From contig CAINUM010000063.1 of the NCBI GenBank assembly GCA_903853785.1, forward strand, positions 2,974 through 66,973: a DNA stretch of 64,000 nucleotides. The letters run 5' to 3'. Positions 1 to 9,045 of the stretch are shown one piece after another (within the stretch, counting starts at the first letter, position 1; each line of letters opens with the position of its first letter). Below the pieces are notes generated by a model, which saw nothing but the letters and a program-made list of their open reading frames with translations, made no database searches and was not told the origin of the DNA. The DNA comes from Candidatus Magasanikiibacteriota bacterium. GTDB taxonomy: Bacteria; Patescibacteriota; Patescibacteriia; Magasanikbacterales; GWA2-37-8. The position numbers were made by a program, and so were the translations under genes.

Positions 1-692
1 TCTATTTTGTGATTTAATAGATAATTTCCAATTGATTTTACCACACCACCGATAATTTCAAATTTACCATCTTCTTGTACGGATATGTTAGCTTCACATC
101 GCATGTGACCTTTTTCCATATCAGCGTCACTAACGTCGAGATAGCGTAAAATGGTCTGTAATTCCTGGCAGTAAGTTTTGGCTTCACCGCTACTTTGAAT
201 ATCAGGATCAGAAACTATTTCTACTAATGGTACACCAGCACGATTAAAATCAACCAAAGTATTGCCGTCAGTTCCGTGGGTCAGTTTAGCAGTATCCTCT
301 TCAAGATGAACACGAGTAATACCGATTTTGGTTGTGTCGCGGTGATTTTTGCCTGGTAAAAATTCTAAATCAACCGAACCGTGTTCACCGATAGGTAAAT
401 CAAATTGTGAAATTTGGTAAGCTTTTGGAAGATCAGGATAAAAATAATGTTTACGATCAAATTTAGAATATTCATTTATTTTACAACCCAAAGCCTTGGC
501 AATTTTAGTTGCCCAAGTGATGGCGGTTTTATTTGGGGTTGGAAGTGTACCTGGGTGGGCGAGACATGTTTCGCAAATATTGGTATTCGGCGCGTCGCGA
601 TCTGGATTGTTAGCGCAAGCGCAAAACATTTTGCTCTTGGTTTTGAGCTCCACATGAATTTCTAGGCCGATAATGGGGGTATACTTTTTCAT
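1..692 (-). CDS. gatB: Asp/Glu-tRNA amidotransferase subunit B (runs off the left edge)
   Basis: Manual translation from ATG at 692: MKKYTPIIGLEIHVELKTKSKMFC...FDRKHYFYPDLPKAYQISQ...RVHLEEDTAK...DFNRAGVPLVEIV, the GatB signatures. Confidence 0.97.
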   Translation of the reverse strand, partial: MKKYTPIIGLEIHVELKTKSKMFCACANNPDRDAPNTNICETCLAHPGTLPTPNKTAITWATKIAKALGCKINEYSKFDRKHYFYPDLPKAYQISQFDLPIGEHGSVDLEFLPGKNHRDTTKIGITRVHLEEDTAKLTHGTDGNTLVDFNRAGVPLVEIVSDPDIQSSGEAKTYCQELQTILRYLDVSDADMEKGHMRCEANISVQEDGKFEIIGGVVKSIGNYLLNHKI

Positions 693-715
693 GGTTAGCA
701 ACTTGTTAAACGTAA

Positions 716-1471
716 TTATTTAATAATTTGAGGGTTGTTTAAAATTGGATTTTCCTTAGCACTAAAATATAAAATAGCATCGCTCCAGATAAAAATTGGT
801 AATGTAAGCGCTGCTATAATTCCGCTAACTAAAGATAAAATAAGGTCTATTTTAACAGCCGAAGGGTTGAAAATATAATCGATAATATCAGGAATAACAA
901 TATTTAAAATAACCACAACTATTATAAAAATTATTTTTGGTATGACGATTCTAAAAGCCATTTTAAACCAACGACCCACCACCAACTGTTTGCTACTTTT
1001 TAAACTATTTAATTTTGTTTGGTCTTCAAATATAATTATATAATTTACAAAATAATACCAGATTGAAAAAATAATACCAGGTATTAAGAACAAGATACTT
1101 CCAGTAATTATAATTAAGGCTACCAACAAAGAAAGTAATAGGGTTGGAATTATATATTGTGCAGTTTTGATATAACTTTCTTTAAAAGTAGGAATAGGTA
1201 AGTTTTTTTGAATAAATTGAATTGATTTCATGATTGCTAAACTCGTCCAAATACCCAAAAATGACAAAGCCATAATAATGAGGGTAATGGTCAAATCTAC
1301 AGAAAGACTAGATAATTTTGTATAGGCATTGAGAAAAAGTCCAGCAAAGCCCAAAAAGTATCGAATTATAAAACCTGCTATCAACACACCTAAAAAAGGT
1401 GTAAAATGTCGCAATGTTTTTAAATAGTTATTCCAACTTTGGTGAATTAGTTCCGAAATTGTAATTAACAT
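716..1471 (-). CDS. Multi-pass membrane protein of unknown function
   Basis: 251 aa with about 5-6 hydrophobic helices; 'LFLIPGI...SLKSSKQLVVGRWF' pattern of GDPD-membrane-domain-like proteins. Confidence 0.75.
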   Translation of the reverse strand: MLITISELIHQSWNNYLKTLRHFTPFLGVLIAGFIIRYFLGFAGLFLNAYTKLSSLSVDLTITLIIMALSFLGIWTSLAIMKSIQFIQKNLPIPTFKESYIKTAQYIIPTLLLSLLVALIIITGSILFLIPGIIFSIWYYFVNYIIIFEDQTKLNSLKSSKQLVVGRWFKMAFRIVIPKIIFIIVVVILNIVIPDIIDYIFNPSAVKIDLILSLVSGIIAALTLPIFIWSDAILYFSAKENPILNNPQIIK

Positions 1472-1472
1472 A

Positions 1473-2177
1473 TTATTTTAAAATTGTTTTTAATAAATTT
1501 ACCGCGTGTTCATTCATTATATCAATTTTTTCATCTCCCGACAAATAGTGTAGTTGGGTGCCTAGACTGGAAAAAAACCTGCCGTATTTATCTTCGTGGT
1601 ATTTTTGTGAAGATTTTTTCATAAAATCAATTTTTTCAAAAATCGCATCATCTTGTTTGTGGGTTCTAGACACCAACCGTTCAAAGGCAATTTCTGGCTC
1701 GATCTTCATTAGGATTAGGTGATCAGGGCGGTTTTGAGCTGCCAATCGATTTCCAACCAGGTCAGCCACTGTTTCCAGAGTAAGAGTTTGATCTTGAGCT
1801 GGCTGATAAGCCAAAGAAGTACTTAATCCACGATCTTGAATAATCGTCTTTCCTTTTGCTAAAAGAGGGATGATGATCTTCGTGTAAAGAACTAGTCGGT
1901 CAAGCGAGTGAGCGTCAGCGATCGCTTCGGCTGAATAATTATTTTTATTATTTATGAGTTCTTCACGTAAAACTTTTCCAATTCCAGTATAAGTGGGTTC
2001 GGCAGAAAAAATATAATCAAAATTTTCCATTTCTTGTAGCTCTGGATAGCGATCGTTTTCTTTTAAATAATTTTTCAAATCAAAAATTGTTTTACCCTGA
2101 TCGGATAAATATTTTTTCCAAGCAGAAACGATCGTGCTTTTTCCGCTACCATCAATACCATCAATCATGATTAGCAT
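1473..2177 (-). CDS. tmk: Thymidylate kinase
   Basis: P-loop IDGIDGSGKST, EPT, 'IIQDRGLSTSLAYQ' (DR..SS.AYQ motif). Confidence 0.93.
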   Translation of the reverse strand: MLIMIDGIDGSGKSTIVSAWKKYLSDQGKTIFDLKNYLKENDRYPELQEMENFDYIFSAEPTYTGIGKVLREELINNKNNYSAEAIADAHSLDRLVLYTKIIIPLLAKGKTIIQDRGLSTSLAYQPAQDQTLTLETVADLVGNRLAAQNRPDHLILMKIEPEIAFERLVSRTHKQDDAIFEKIDFMKKSSQKYHEDKYGRFFSSLGTQLHYLSGDEKIDIMNEHAVNLLKTILK

Positions 2178-2178
2178 A

Positions 2179-2655
2179 CTATTTTATTTTTTGATAAGTC
2201 ACAAATGAAAAACCATCACGGTCGTCTCTGCCAGTTTCTTGCCAGATATTTTTATTTATTTCTGGAAAAAAAGTGTCACCTTCTGGTGACTGGTGAATTT
2301 CGGTGATATATAAGGTATCAACACGATCGACGGTTTGACGATAAATACTAGCACCACCACAAATAAATACGTTTTCATCGTTTAGTTTTTCAAAAACTTC
2401 ATCAAGAGAATGTAATATTCTCACACCCTCGGCTGCTTTATAATTTTTATCCAATGTTACTACAACCGTTTGGCGTCCTGGCAACGGTTTACCGACATAA
2501 CCTAAAATGGATTCGTATGTGGCTTGTCCCATCACACAAGTTTTACCAAGAGTCATGGTTTTAAAATATTGAAAATCCTCTGGAACATTCCAAGGAATTT
2601 TGTTATTTTTTCCGATACAATTATTTTCAGCCACGGCAGCAATTAGAGAAAACAT
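2179..2655 (-). CDS. folA: Dihydrofolate reductase
   Basis: IAAVAENNCIGKNNKIPW..PED, MGQATYESI, PLPGR, CGGASIY, GDTFFP. Confidence 0.97.
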   Translation of the reverse strand: MFSLIAAVAENNCIGKNNKIPWNVPEDFQYFKTMTLGKTCVMGQATYESILGYVGKPLPGRQTVVVTLDKNYKAAEGVRILHSLDEVFEKLNDENVFICGGASIYRQTVDRVDTLYITEIHQSPEGDTFFPEINKNIWQETGRDDRDGFSFVTYQKIK

Positions 2656-2657
2656 AA

Positions 2658-3350
2658 TTATTTTTTTCTTCTTAGGGTTAATAACCAGTTGGTGGGATCT
2701 AAATTTTCTTGATCTGTGATTGGTTGTAAATCAGTTCCCTCCCAACCATTTGTTGTAAGCTGTTCTAATTTAGCTAAGTCCGATAAAGAAATATTTACAG
2801 TTTCAAATTTTGTTTCGACGTCAACTTTTGCATTCTTTAATAAACAGCTACCAACATGTTCTTTGGCATCTTCGGCAATATCAATTATAGTAAAACCTTG
2901 TTTTAGTTTTAGACGAAGCGAAGGGATGTTTGTTGAAGCGATATGAGTTTGTAGCCACTCAAATTTATTTTCTTGATTTTCACACCATTCTTGTCTTTTT
3001 TTATCTATTTGGCTAGCTAATCCCTGCTTTCTTTTTTCAAGCTCTACATATACTCCAGTCAATTCACCGAATCGTTTTCCATTTCTTAGTGTGCAACCCA
3101 AAACAGACCCTCCAGCAATAAAATTATTATTTTCATCGCGGATAGCAAAATTACTTACACTGTCATCATAGTCACAAAATGGTTCACGAATCATTTGACG
3201 AGTGAGTGTGGCATTTGGAATATGTTCTCTTTTGTCCTTTGGTTTAGAATCGTACCATTTTTTATATAAAATACTTTGGCCTTTATCTAATAGCTCAATG
3301 TTATTTCCTGGTACTATTCTTTGTGGTTCACCTCCTGTAAATGCACTCAT
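2658..3350 (-). CDS. GNAT-family N-acetyltransferase
   Basis: Motif A 'VYVELEKRKQGLAS' and motif B 'NIPSLRLKLKQGF'; 1-2 nt gaps to thyA and folA. Confidence 0.7.
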   Translation of the reverse strand: MSAFTGGEPQRIVPGNNIELLDKGQSILYKKWYDSKPKDKREHIPNATLTRQMIREPFCDYDDSVSNFAIRDENNNFIAGGSVLGCTLRNGKRFGELTGVYVELEKRKQGLASQIDKKRQEWCENQENKFEWLQTHIASTNIPSLRLKLKQGFTIIDIAEDAKEHVGSCLLKNAKVDVETKFETVNISLSDLAKLEQLTTNGWEGTDLQPITDQENLDPTNWLLTLRRKK

Positions 3351-3351
3351 A

Positions 3352-4224
3352 TTATATGGCTATAGCCAATTCAATTTTAGAATAACTTTGATAGCCTTCA
3401 ATTTTTGAATCACCACATTGCCAATCAAAAATTGAGGTAAAATTTTCAGTAACAAATTTTGGTAGAGGATATAGGTTTGGATTCCTAGTTAGTTGTTCTC
3501 TAGCTCCTTCAAGATGATTTACATAAATATGGACATCAGCTAAAAAGCCAACAAGTTTACCTTCTTGTAATCCAGTTTCTTTGGCTAACAAGTGCAGTAA
3601 AGTAGCGTAACTAGCAATATTAAACGGAAGACCAAGCATGGTGTCGACAGAACGTTGGTTCCATAACAAATTTAGTTTTCCATTTATTACAGTTACCTGA
3701 AAACCATAATGGCAAGGTGGTAAAGCCATTTCATGAAGAGCTAGTGGGTTCCAAGCCATAACAATCATACGACGGTCATTTGGGTCAGTTTTTAATTTTT
3801 CAATTATTTTTTTAAGTTGATCAACACCCTGATTTACATAGTCAGTTTCAAAATTATAATACGGTGCATTAAAATGTCGCCATTGAAACCCATAAATCGG
3901 ACCAAGGTCGCGTTCCTCTTTCATTCGTTGTTTTGATTTTTCATCATGACCATAGGGTGCTTTTTTTGGGTATGCCCATTCATCCCAGATGTGGTTGTTG
4001 TGGTCTTGCAACCATTTCTTATCGGTTTTGCCTTTTATAAAAAATTCCAATTCAGAAGCAATAACTTTGTATGGCATTTTTTTTGTGGTTAACAAAGGAA
4101 AGCCCGTGCTCATATCATGTTCAAAGATTGCCCCGGCGGTCGCAATTGTATCGATGCCAGTGCGATTCATTTTTCTTTCTCCTTGTTCCAAAACTTTTTT
4201 TACAATATCTAAATATGCTTGCAT
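3352..4224 (-). CDS. thyA: Thymidylate synthase
   Basis: FPLLTTKK, IWDEW, LGPIYGFQWR, LPPCH, QRSVD..LGLPFN, HIYVNH. Confidence 0.98.
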   Translation of the reverse strand: MQAYLDIVKKVLEQGERKMNRTGIDTIATAGAIFEHDMSTGFPLLTTKKMPYKVIASELEFFIKGKTDKKWLQDHNNHIWDEWAYPKKAPYGHDEKSKQRMKEERDLGPIYGFQWRHFNAPYYNFETDYVNQGVDQLKKIIEKLKTDPNDRRMIVMAWNPLALHEMALPPCHYGFQVTVINGKLNLLWNQRSVDTMLGLPFNIASYATLLHLLAKETGLQEGKLVGFLADVHIYVNHLEGAREQLTRNPNLYPLPKFVTENFTSIFDWQCGDSKIEGYQSYSKIELAIAI

Positions 4225-4230
4225 ATAAAA

Positions 4231-4665
4231 TTATATTTCTCCGGTAGAACCAAAACCACCGCGAGATTTATCATTAATTTCTTCAACTTCTTCCCATTCT
4301 CCTTGTTCAATTTTTAAAAACATACCTTGAGCAATACGTTCTCCTTTTTCTACAATAACAGTTTGCTCGGTAAAATTATAAACGGAAATTAAAATTTCAT
4401 CAGTTGGTCCGCAATAGTCACTATCAATTGTACCAATACCATTGGCTAACATCAGCCCTTTTTTTGTAGCTAAGCTCGAACGAGCGGCTAAAGTAAGGAC
4501 ATAACCAATCGGTGTTCCGATAATTAATCCTGAAGAAATACGGGCAATCTGTTTTGGTTCAATTGTAGTTTGTGAAGCTGCTGATAAATCAAACGCCGCG
4601 GAACCAGAAGTGTGGTAGCGTGGTAGGGGAAGTGATTTATCTAAACGTTTGATTTTAATCTGCAT
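4231..4665 (-). CDS. dut: Trimeric dUTPase
   Basis: SAAFDL, RSSLA, GTIDSDYCG, GERIAQ, RGGFGSTG. Confidence 0.97.
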   Translation of the reverse strand: MQIKIKRLDKSLPLPRYHTSGSAAFDLSAASQTTIEPKQIARISSGLIIGTPIGYVLTLAARSSLATKKGLMLANGIGTIDSDYCGPTDEILISVYNFTEQTVIVEKGERIAQGMFLKIEQGEWEEVEEINDKSRGGFGSTGEI

Positions 4666-4668
4666 AGT

Positions 4669-5220
4669 TTATAAGTATTTAGAGACCATTTTATCTAGTT
4701 GTTTATAGGTATTTTCTATAGTTCCATTATTATCAACCGTAAAATTTGCAGTTTGAGCAATAGCCAAAATTTGTTGTTCGGACTCTTGAAGACTTTCCTT
4801 TGCGAATTCTTCCCAAGTTTTGGTGGCATCATCTGGTTTTTCACCCCGATTTGCTAATCTTGAAAATCTAACGCGTTCATCTGCCTTAATATAAATTAAA
4901 ACAAAATTAGATAATTCTTTTAGATATGGAACATCGCTTGGTCGTCGTACTCCCTCGGTAATAATAATATCTGAAGTAGAGTTTTTTGCATCTTGAGCAA
5001 TTACTTTTGACATGATATCGTCACCAAAATTTTGGCGTAAAGTTGTAGAAATAAGTTGTAAATTGCCTCTATTTGGCTCAATATACATTCTTTTTAGTAC
5101 ATCATAGAGCATGTCTGAAAAACGAAAAGTAACCGCATTGAATTTCTTTTTTAGATATTCAGTTGCGGTAGTTTTTCCAGCGGCATTTTCTCCAACGATC
5201 CCAATTATTAATTTTGCCAT
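4669..5220 (-). CDS. P-loop (deoxy)nucleoside monophosphate kinase-like / dephospho-CoA kinase-like protein
   Basis: GIVGENAAGKTT P-loop, 'ITEGVRRPSD', LID 'RFSRLANRG'; substrate inferred only from operon context. Confidence 0.7.
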   Translation of the reverse strand: MAKLIIGIVGENAAGKTTATEYLKKKFNAVTFRFSDMLYDVLKRMYIEPNRGNLQLISTTLRQNFGDDIMSKVIAQDAKNSTSDIIITEGVRRPSDVPYLKELSNFVLIYIKADERVRFSRLANRGEKPDDATKTWEEFAKESLQESEQQILAIAQTANFTVDNNGTIENTYKQLDKMVSKYL

Positions 5221-5229
5221 ATTGATACA

Positions 5230-5697
5230 TTATTTCATCCAATCTGAAATATACTGTCGACATTTGATTCCGGCTGCATCGAGCATTCGGCGTGAGGCGA
5301 TACAAGCGTCAGTATCGTGGTATTTGTCACTTTCGTAAATAATTTCTACTACTCCATTTTGGAGAAGGGTTTTGGTACATTCATTACATGGAAAGAGGGT
5401 GCAATAAATTTTAGCACCAGAGACTTTTTGACTGGAATTGTAGACAGCATTTTCTTCAGCATGACAAACATAGGCATATTTGGTTTCAGTAAAGCCACCA
5501 TCCCGGTCCCATGGTAAAATTCCACTCTCAATTCCTCGAGGGAAGCCATTATAGCCCAGTCCTAAAACAACATTGTGTTGGTCTGTAATGACCGCACCAG
5601 CCTGTGTGCTAGGGTCTTTTGAACGTTCAGCAATAGTATGGGCTATTCGCATGAAGCACTCGTCCCATGGAATGGCATTTTCTCTGTCTGTTAACAT
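5230..5697 (-). CDS. dCMP deaminase
   Basis: RSKDPST, GYNGFPRG, zinc motifs CHAEEN and PCNEC. Confidence 0.93.
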   Translation of the reverse strand: MLTDRENAIPWDECFMRIAHTIAERSKDPSTQAGAVITDQHNVVLGLGYNGFPRGIESGILPWDRDGGFTETKYAYVCHAEENAVYNSSQKVSGAKIYCTLFPCNECTKTLLQNGVVEIIYESDKYHDTDACIASRRMLDAAGIKCRQYISDWMK

Positions 5698-5782
5698 AAA
5701 AATATAGGTTAATAAATCATAGTTATTTTAACAAAAATAGCTATTGTTGCCAATAGCTAAAATTTAATGTTGATAACCGATT

Positions 5783-6196
5783 TTACTGCTTTAAATTTAT
5801 TAAATATGTTACAAAATCTTCAGGTTTTACAACTTCGTCTATAAAACAAGATATTGGTAAATCTTTAATTGGGGCTGAAGATATCAGTTTGCGATTTTTT
5901 GAATGCGCGTAGCCAATCTCCAAACTAACCCCGTTACCAACGTAGCCATTTTGAGAAAAAATATAGATTACGTCTGATTTGTCCATCCTCTTTAGGTGGT
6001 CGGCTAGATGCATCCAGTAAGTTTTTAATATTTCAGGGTTTGTTAGGTGCTCTCCATTTTTTAAAATATCTTCTTCTCTTTCTAAAAATGGGTTTGGAAT
6101 TGGAATCAAAACCTCAAAACCTTTTTCTTCTAATTCTTTGTGTAGTTTTAATACTTCTGGGTAGAATTTAAAACTTGAACAGATACAAATTTTCAT
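5783..6196 (-). CDS. Nucleoside 2-deoxyribosyltransferase-like protein
   Basis: N-terminal beta strand KICICSS, 'SDVIYIF', 'GNGVSLEIGYAHSKNR' matches the NDT G.GT..E.GYA motif. Confidence 0.65.
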   Translation of the reverse strand: MKICICSSFKFYPEVLKLHKELEEKGFEVLIPIPNPFLEREEDILKNGEHLTNPEILKTYWMHLADHLKRMDKSDVIYIFSQNGYVGNGVSLEIGYAHSKNRKLISSAPIKDLPISCFIDEVVKPEDFVTYLINLKQ

Positions 6197-6717
6197 ATTT
6201 TTTTTCTAAGTATTAGCTCGAAATAAGCAGCTATCACTTGGTCATTTTTAGTTAGACCAAGTTTTTCTAAAAATTTACAAATCTCTTTCTGAACAACCTG
6301 ACTATCAACTGATTCATTTACGATTTTTTCAACCTCGATATAATTTCCTAGACCTGCCACTTGGTCTAAACAGATTGAAAGTTTTTTATATTTATATAAT
6401 GTTCTTACCTTTTTAACTTTGATAAGCCTTTTGAATCCCAAAGCGATTAGTAGTTTGGCTGTATCTTTGGGCTTTGTTGTTACAAATTCATATTCGTTAT
6501 TATCCAGTATGTTTGAAAGTTTTTCTTTGACTGTAAGTGTGTAAATATTATTTTCCAGTCTTATTCTTGCAGACATTTTAGATAAATTTGTTTTATTCCC
6601 AATGTACACCTCATCAGATTGAGTGGTTTTTTTGAAAAATTCTACCCCAATTTTGTTGAGGTTTTTTCGAATAGAATCGACATTGTTAATTTTAGCTTTT
6701 ACTTCTACTTCTTTCAT
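6193..6717 (-). CDS. CYTH-domain protein (class IV adenylate cyclase / triphosphate tunnel enzyme)
   Basis: EVEVK (ExExK), Q.DEVY, RIR, LTVK, KKVR, 'LDQVAGLGNYIEVE'. Confidence 0.9.
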   Translation of the reverse strand: MKEVEVKAKINNVDSIRKNLNKIGVEFFKKTTQSDEVYIGNKTNLSKMSARIRLENNIYTLTVKEKLSNILDNNEYEFVTTKPKDTAKLLIALGFKRLIKVKKVRTLYKYKKLSICLDQVAGLGNYIEVEKIVNESVDSQVVQKEICKFLEKLGLTKNDQVIAAYFELILRKKI

Positions 6718-7720
6718 ATTTCAAAGCTTCGTCGATAATTTTCTTCGCCACACTAATTGAATAAGCTGGTCTTAGCCCCATGGTAGTTTCTTGGCACAAC
6801 ATTATTCCATTTACACCATCTAAAACCATATCGGTAAGATTGATAATTTCAGCACGATAAGGGATATAATTATTGATAGTACTTTCCAAAATTTGTGTTG
6901 AAACCAAAATTAAACGTTTGTATTTTTTTGCAGTATTTATGATGTTTCTCTGGATAAGACCGATTTTTTCAAACGGTACGTTAACTCCAATTTCACCTCT
7001 ATCTAACAAAACATAACGATATGATTCATCTTGGCAAATAGCTTCTATATTATCTACAGCAATCTGATCTTCGATTTTTAGCATTATTTTTGTTTTTGAA
7101 CCGATTTCTTTTTTAACCAATTCTCTTATATTTTTATTTGTTTCCTCTCCAAAATAAGAGACTGCACAATAACTTATGGATAAATCTTTTACCGCTTCAA
7201 ATATTTTTTTGTAATCATTTATCACATTATTTTCATCCAAGCGATTTGTGATATTAAAAGTTTTCATATACTGAATTACACCGTTGTTGAGGATTTCACA
7301 TTTAATTGTGTCTGTATCAATAATCTCTTTTACGTGTAAAGCGATCTCACCATCGCCATGTGTAATTAGTTGATTTACTCTAACCTTCTCTCCTAGTTTT
7401 TGAATTTGAACAGGAATGAATTGGTTGCAGTCGTTAGAATATGAAGCGGATTTAAAAATAAATTCTTCTTTTTCTCTTACCGCAAACATTTTAATATCAA
7501 AATCGCCTAAGCGGACTTTGTTTAACGGCATATCGATCATGATTTTGCATTCACTATGCAATTCATCGATTGCTTCTTGAGCGATTTTTATATTATTTAC
7601 ATTAGCCTCAATTGATCCGTAAGAAAAATTAAAACGCAAAATATCAGCCCCAGATAAAATTATTTTTTTTATTTTATCCTCTGCAAATGAATTAAAGCCA
7701 ATTCCAGCAATTATTAACAT
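6692..7720 (-). CDS. pyk: Divergent pyruvate kinase lacking the C-terminal regulatory domain
   Basis: RFNFSYG, KVRLG, LKIED, DRGEIGV, STQILES, PYRAE, DG.NGIMLCQET; only 342 aa. Confidence 0.8.
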   Translation of the reverse strand: MLIIAGIGFNSFAEDKIKKIILSGADILRFNFSYGSIEANVNNIKIAQEAIDELHSECKIMIDMPLNKVRLGDFDIKMFAVREKEEFIFKSASYSNDCNQFIPVQIQKLGEKVRVNQLITHGDGEIALHVKEIIDTDTIKCEILNNGVIQYMKTFNITNRLDENNVINDYKKIFEAVKDLSISYCAVSYFGEETNKNIRELVKKEIGSKTKIMLKIEDQIAVDNIEAICQDESYRYVLLDRGEIGVNVPFEKIGLIQRNIINTAKKYKRLILVSTQILESTINNYIPYRAEIINLTDMVLDGVNGIMLCQETTMGLRPAYSISVAKKIIDEALKYERSRSKS

Positions 7721-7764
7721 ATAGGGATTTAAAAAATACCCCTCAATAATGAGGGGTAAAATTT

Positions 7765-8451
7765 TTAGTTTTCGTTAATTCTGATTGACGGCCCCATCGT
7801 TGAACAAAGGACTAAATTTTTTATGTATGATCCTTTGATTGTTGTTGGTCGTGCTTTTTTCAAAGCTTCTAAAAATGCAGATAAGTTTTCTTTTAATTTA
7901 GCATCGTCAAAACTAATTTTACCAACAATCTGGTGTACATTAGCAGTGTCGTCGTTTTTAAAAGTAACTTTACCTTTTTTCAATTCTTCTACCATTTTTT
8001 TGATGTTTGGTCCGACAGTTTCGGTTTTTGGACTAGGCATCAAACCTTTTGGACCAAGCACTTTAGCAATGGCGGCCAATTTAGGCATCATATCTGGAGT
8101 AGTTACGGCTACCTCAAAATCAATTTTACCAGTATCTTTAATTTTTTTGATTCCTTCTTCAGTATAAACAACGTCAGCACCGGCTTCGTTAGCCTCTTTT
8201 TCTTTTTCACTAGAACAGAAAACAGCTACTTTTTTTGTTTTACCAATACCATGAGGTAATACTACAGTTGCACGGATCAATTGGTCACCTTTTTTTGGAT
8301 CAATACCTAAATGAGCGTGAATTTCGACACTAGCGTCAAATTTAACACCAGATGTTTCTTTAACCAGAGCGATTGCTTCGTCTAGAGAATAAACCTTGTT
8401 TTTGTCTACTTTGCCGGCAATTTTTGCCATGCGCTTTGTTAATTTAACCAT
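7765..8451 (-). CDS. rplA: 50S ribosomal protein L1
   Basis: KFDASVE, VVLPHGIGK, LGPKGLMPSPK, STMGP. Confidence 0.98.
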   Translation of the reverse strand: MVKLTKRMAKIAGKVDKNKVYSLDEAIALVKETSGVKFDASVEIHAHLGIDPKKGDQLIRATVVLPHGIGKTKKVAVFCSSEKEKEANEAGADVVYTEEGIKKIKDTGKIDFEVAVTTPDMMPKLAAIAKVLGPKGLMPSPKTETVGPNIKKMVEELKKGKVTFKNDDTANVHQIVGKISFDDAKLKENLSAFLEALKKARPTTIKGSYIKNLVLCSTMGPSIRINEN

Positions 8452-8479
8452 ATTTTTTTTAATCGCAGTTGCGATTTTA

Positions 8480-8513
8480 GTGGTACAAACTCTCGAGTGG
8501 TCGAGATCCCACC
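8480..8513 (-). promoter_or_regulatory. Putative L1-binding autoregulatory leader
   Basis: Minus strand reads GGUGGGA-UCUCGA-CCAC-UCGAGA-GUUUGU-ACCAC, like the GUGGGAG...ACCAC L1 target, just 5' of rplA. Confidence 0.65.
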
Positions 8514-8527
8514 ATTAATACAATGTA

Positions 8528-8556
8528 TTTATAGCTTAATTTTCAATGTTTGTCAA
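8528..8556 (-). promoter_or_regulatory. Sigma70-type promoter of rplA
   Basis: TTGACA-17 nt-TATAAA on the minus strand. Confidence 0.7.
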
Positions 8557-8559
8557 CTA

Positions 8560-9042
8560 TTAACCCACCGAAAATAGTCGTAAAAAGACCTTTTTAAAAA
8601 GCTTTCCAACTTCACGAACACCATGGCGTACTTGTCTAAAATAAGCTATGTTGAGCAAAAGAAGCAGTACTACCACGACTGCATCATAACTTTGGCGCAA
8701 CCAGTATTCATCTGCTAATCTGACCCACATACCAAATTCATCAAAAGTCAAACCGAGCCCTATTCCATAAATTGCAGTGCAAATTTTGAAAATTTCTGAT
8801 TCAGCTTCGGGGCGACGTAATATTAAATATAGACCGATTAATACTAAAATAAATACCCCGTAAGTAAAATGATGAATGTGTACCCCCCGAACAGTAAGAA
8901 AAAAGTTTGGTAACCATCTTCCAATTACTAAATAAACCATCAATCTAGAAACGACAAAAGTAATAAGAAAATAAAAAATTATCACACCAATTACATGTTG
9001 ATTTTTGTTTGAATCAATTTTCAATTTCCAATCCGCCTCCAT
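8560..9042 (-). CDS. Four-helix integral membrane protein
   Basis: Hydrophobic helices, 'HIHHFTYG' and 'GLGLTFDEFGMW..L.D.YW'; 3 nt after the topA stop. Confidence 0.75.
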   Translation of the reverse strand: MEADWKLKIDSNKNQHVIGVIIFYFLITFVVSRLMVYLVIGRWLPNFFLTVRGVHIHHFTYGVFILVLIGLYLILRRPEAESEIFKICTAIYGIGLGLTFDEFGMWVRLADEYWLRQSYDAVVVVLLLLLNIAYFRQVRHGVREVGKLFKKVFLRLFSVG

Positions 9043-9045
9043 ATT

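Noticed and set aside
1473-5697. Prophage origin of the nucleotide-metabolism cluster
   Set aside because: No structural, integrase or replication genes; it is co-directional and contiguous with gatB
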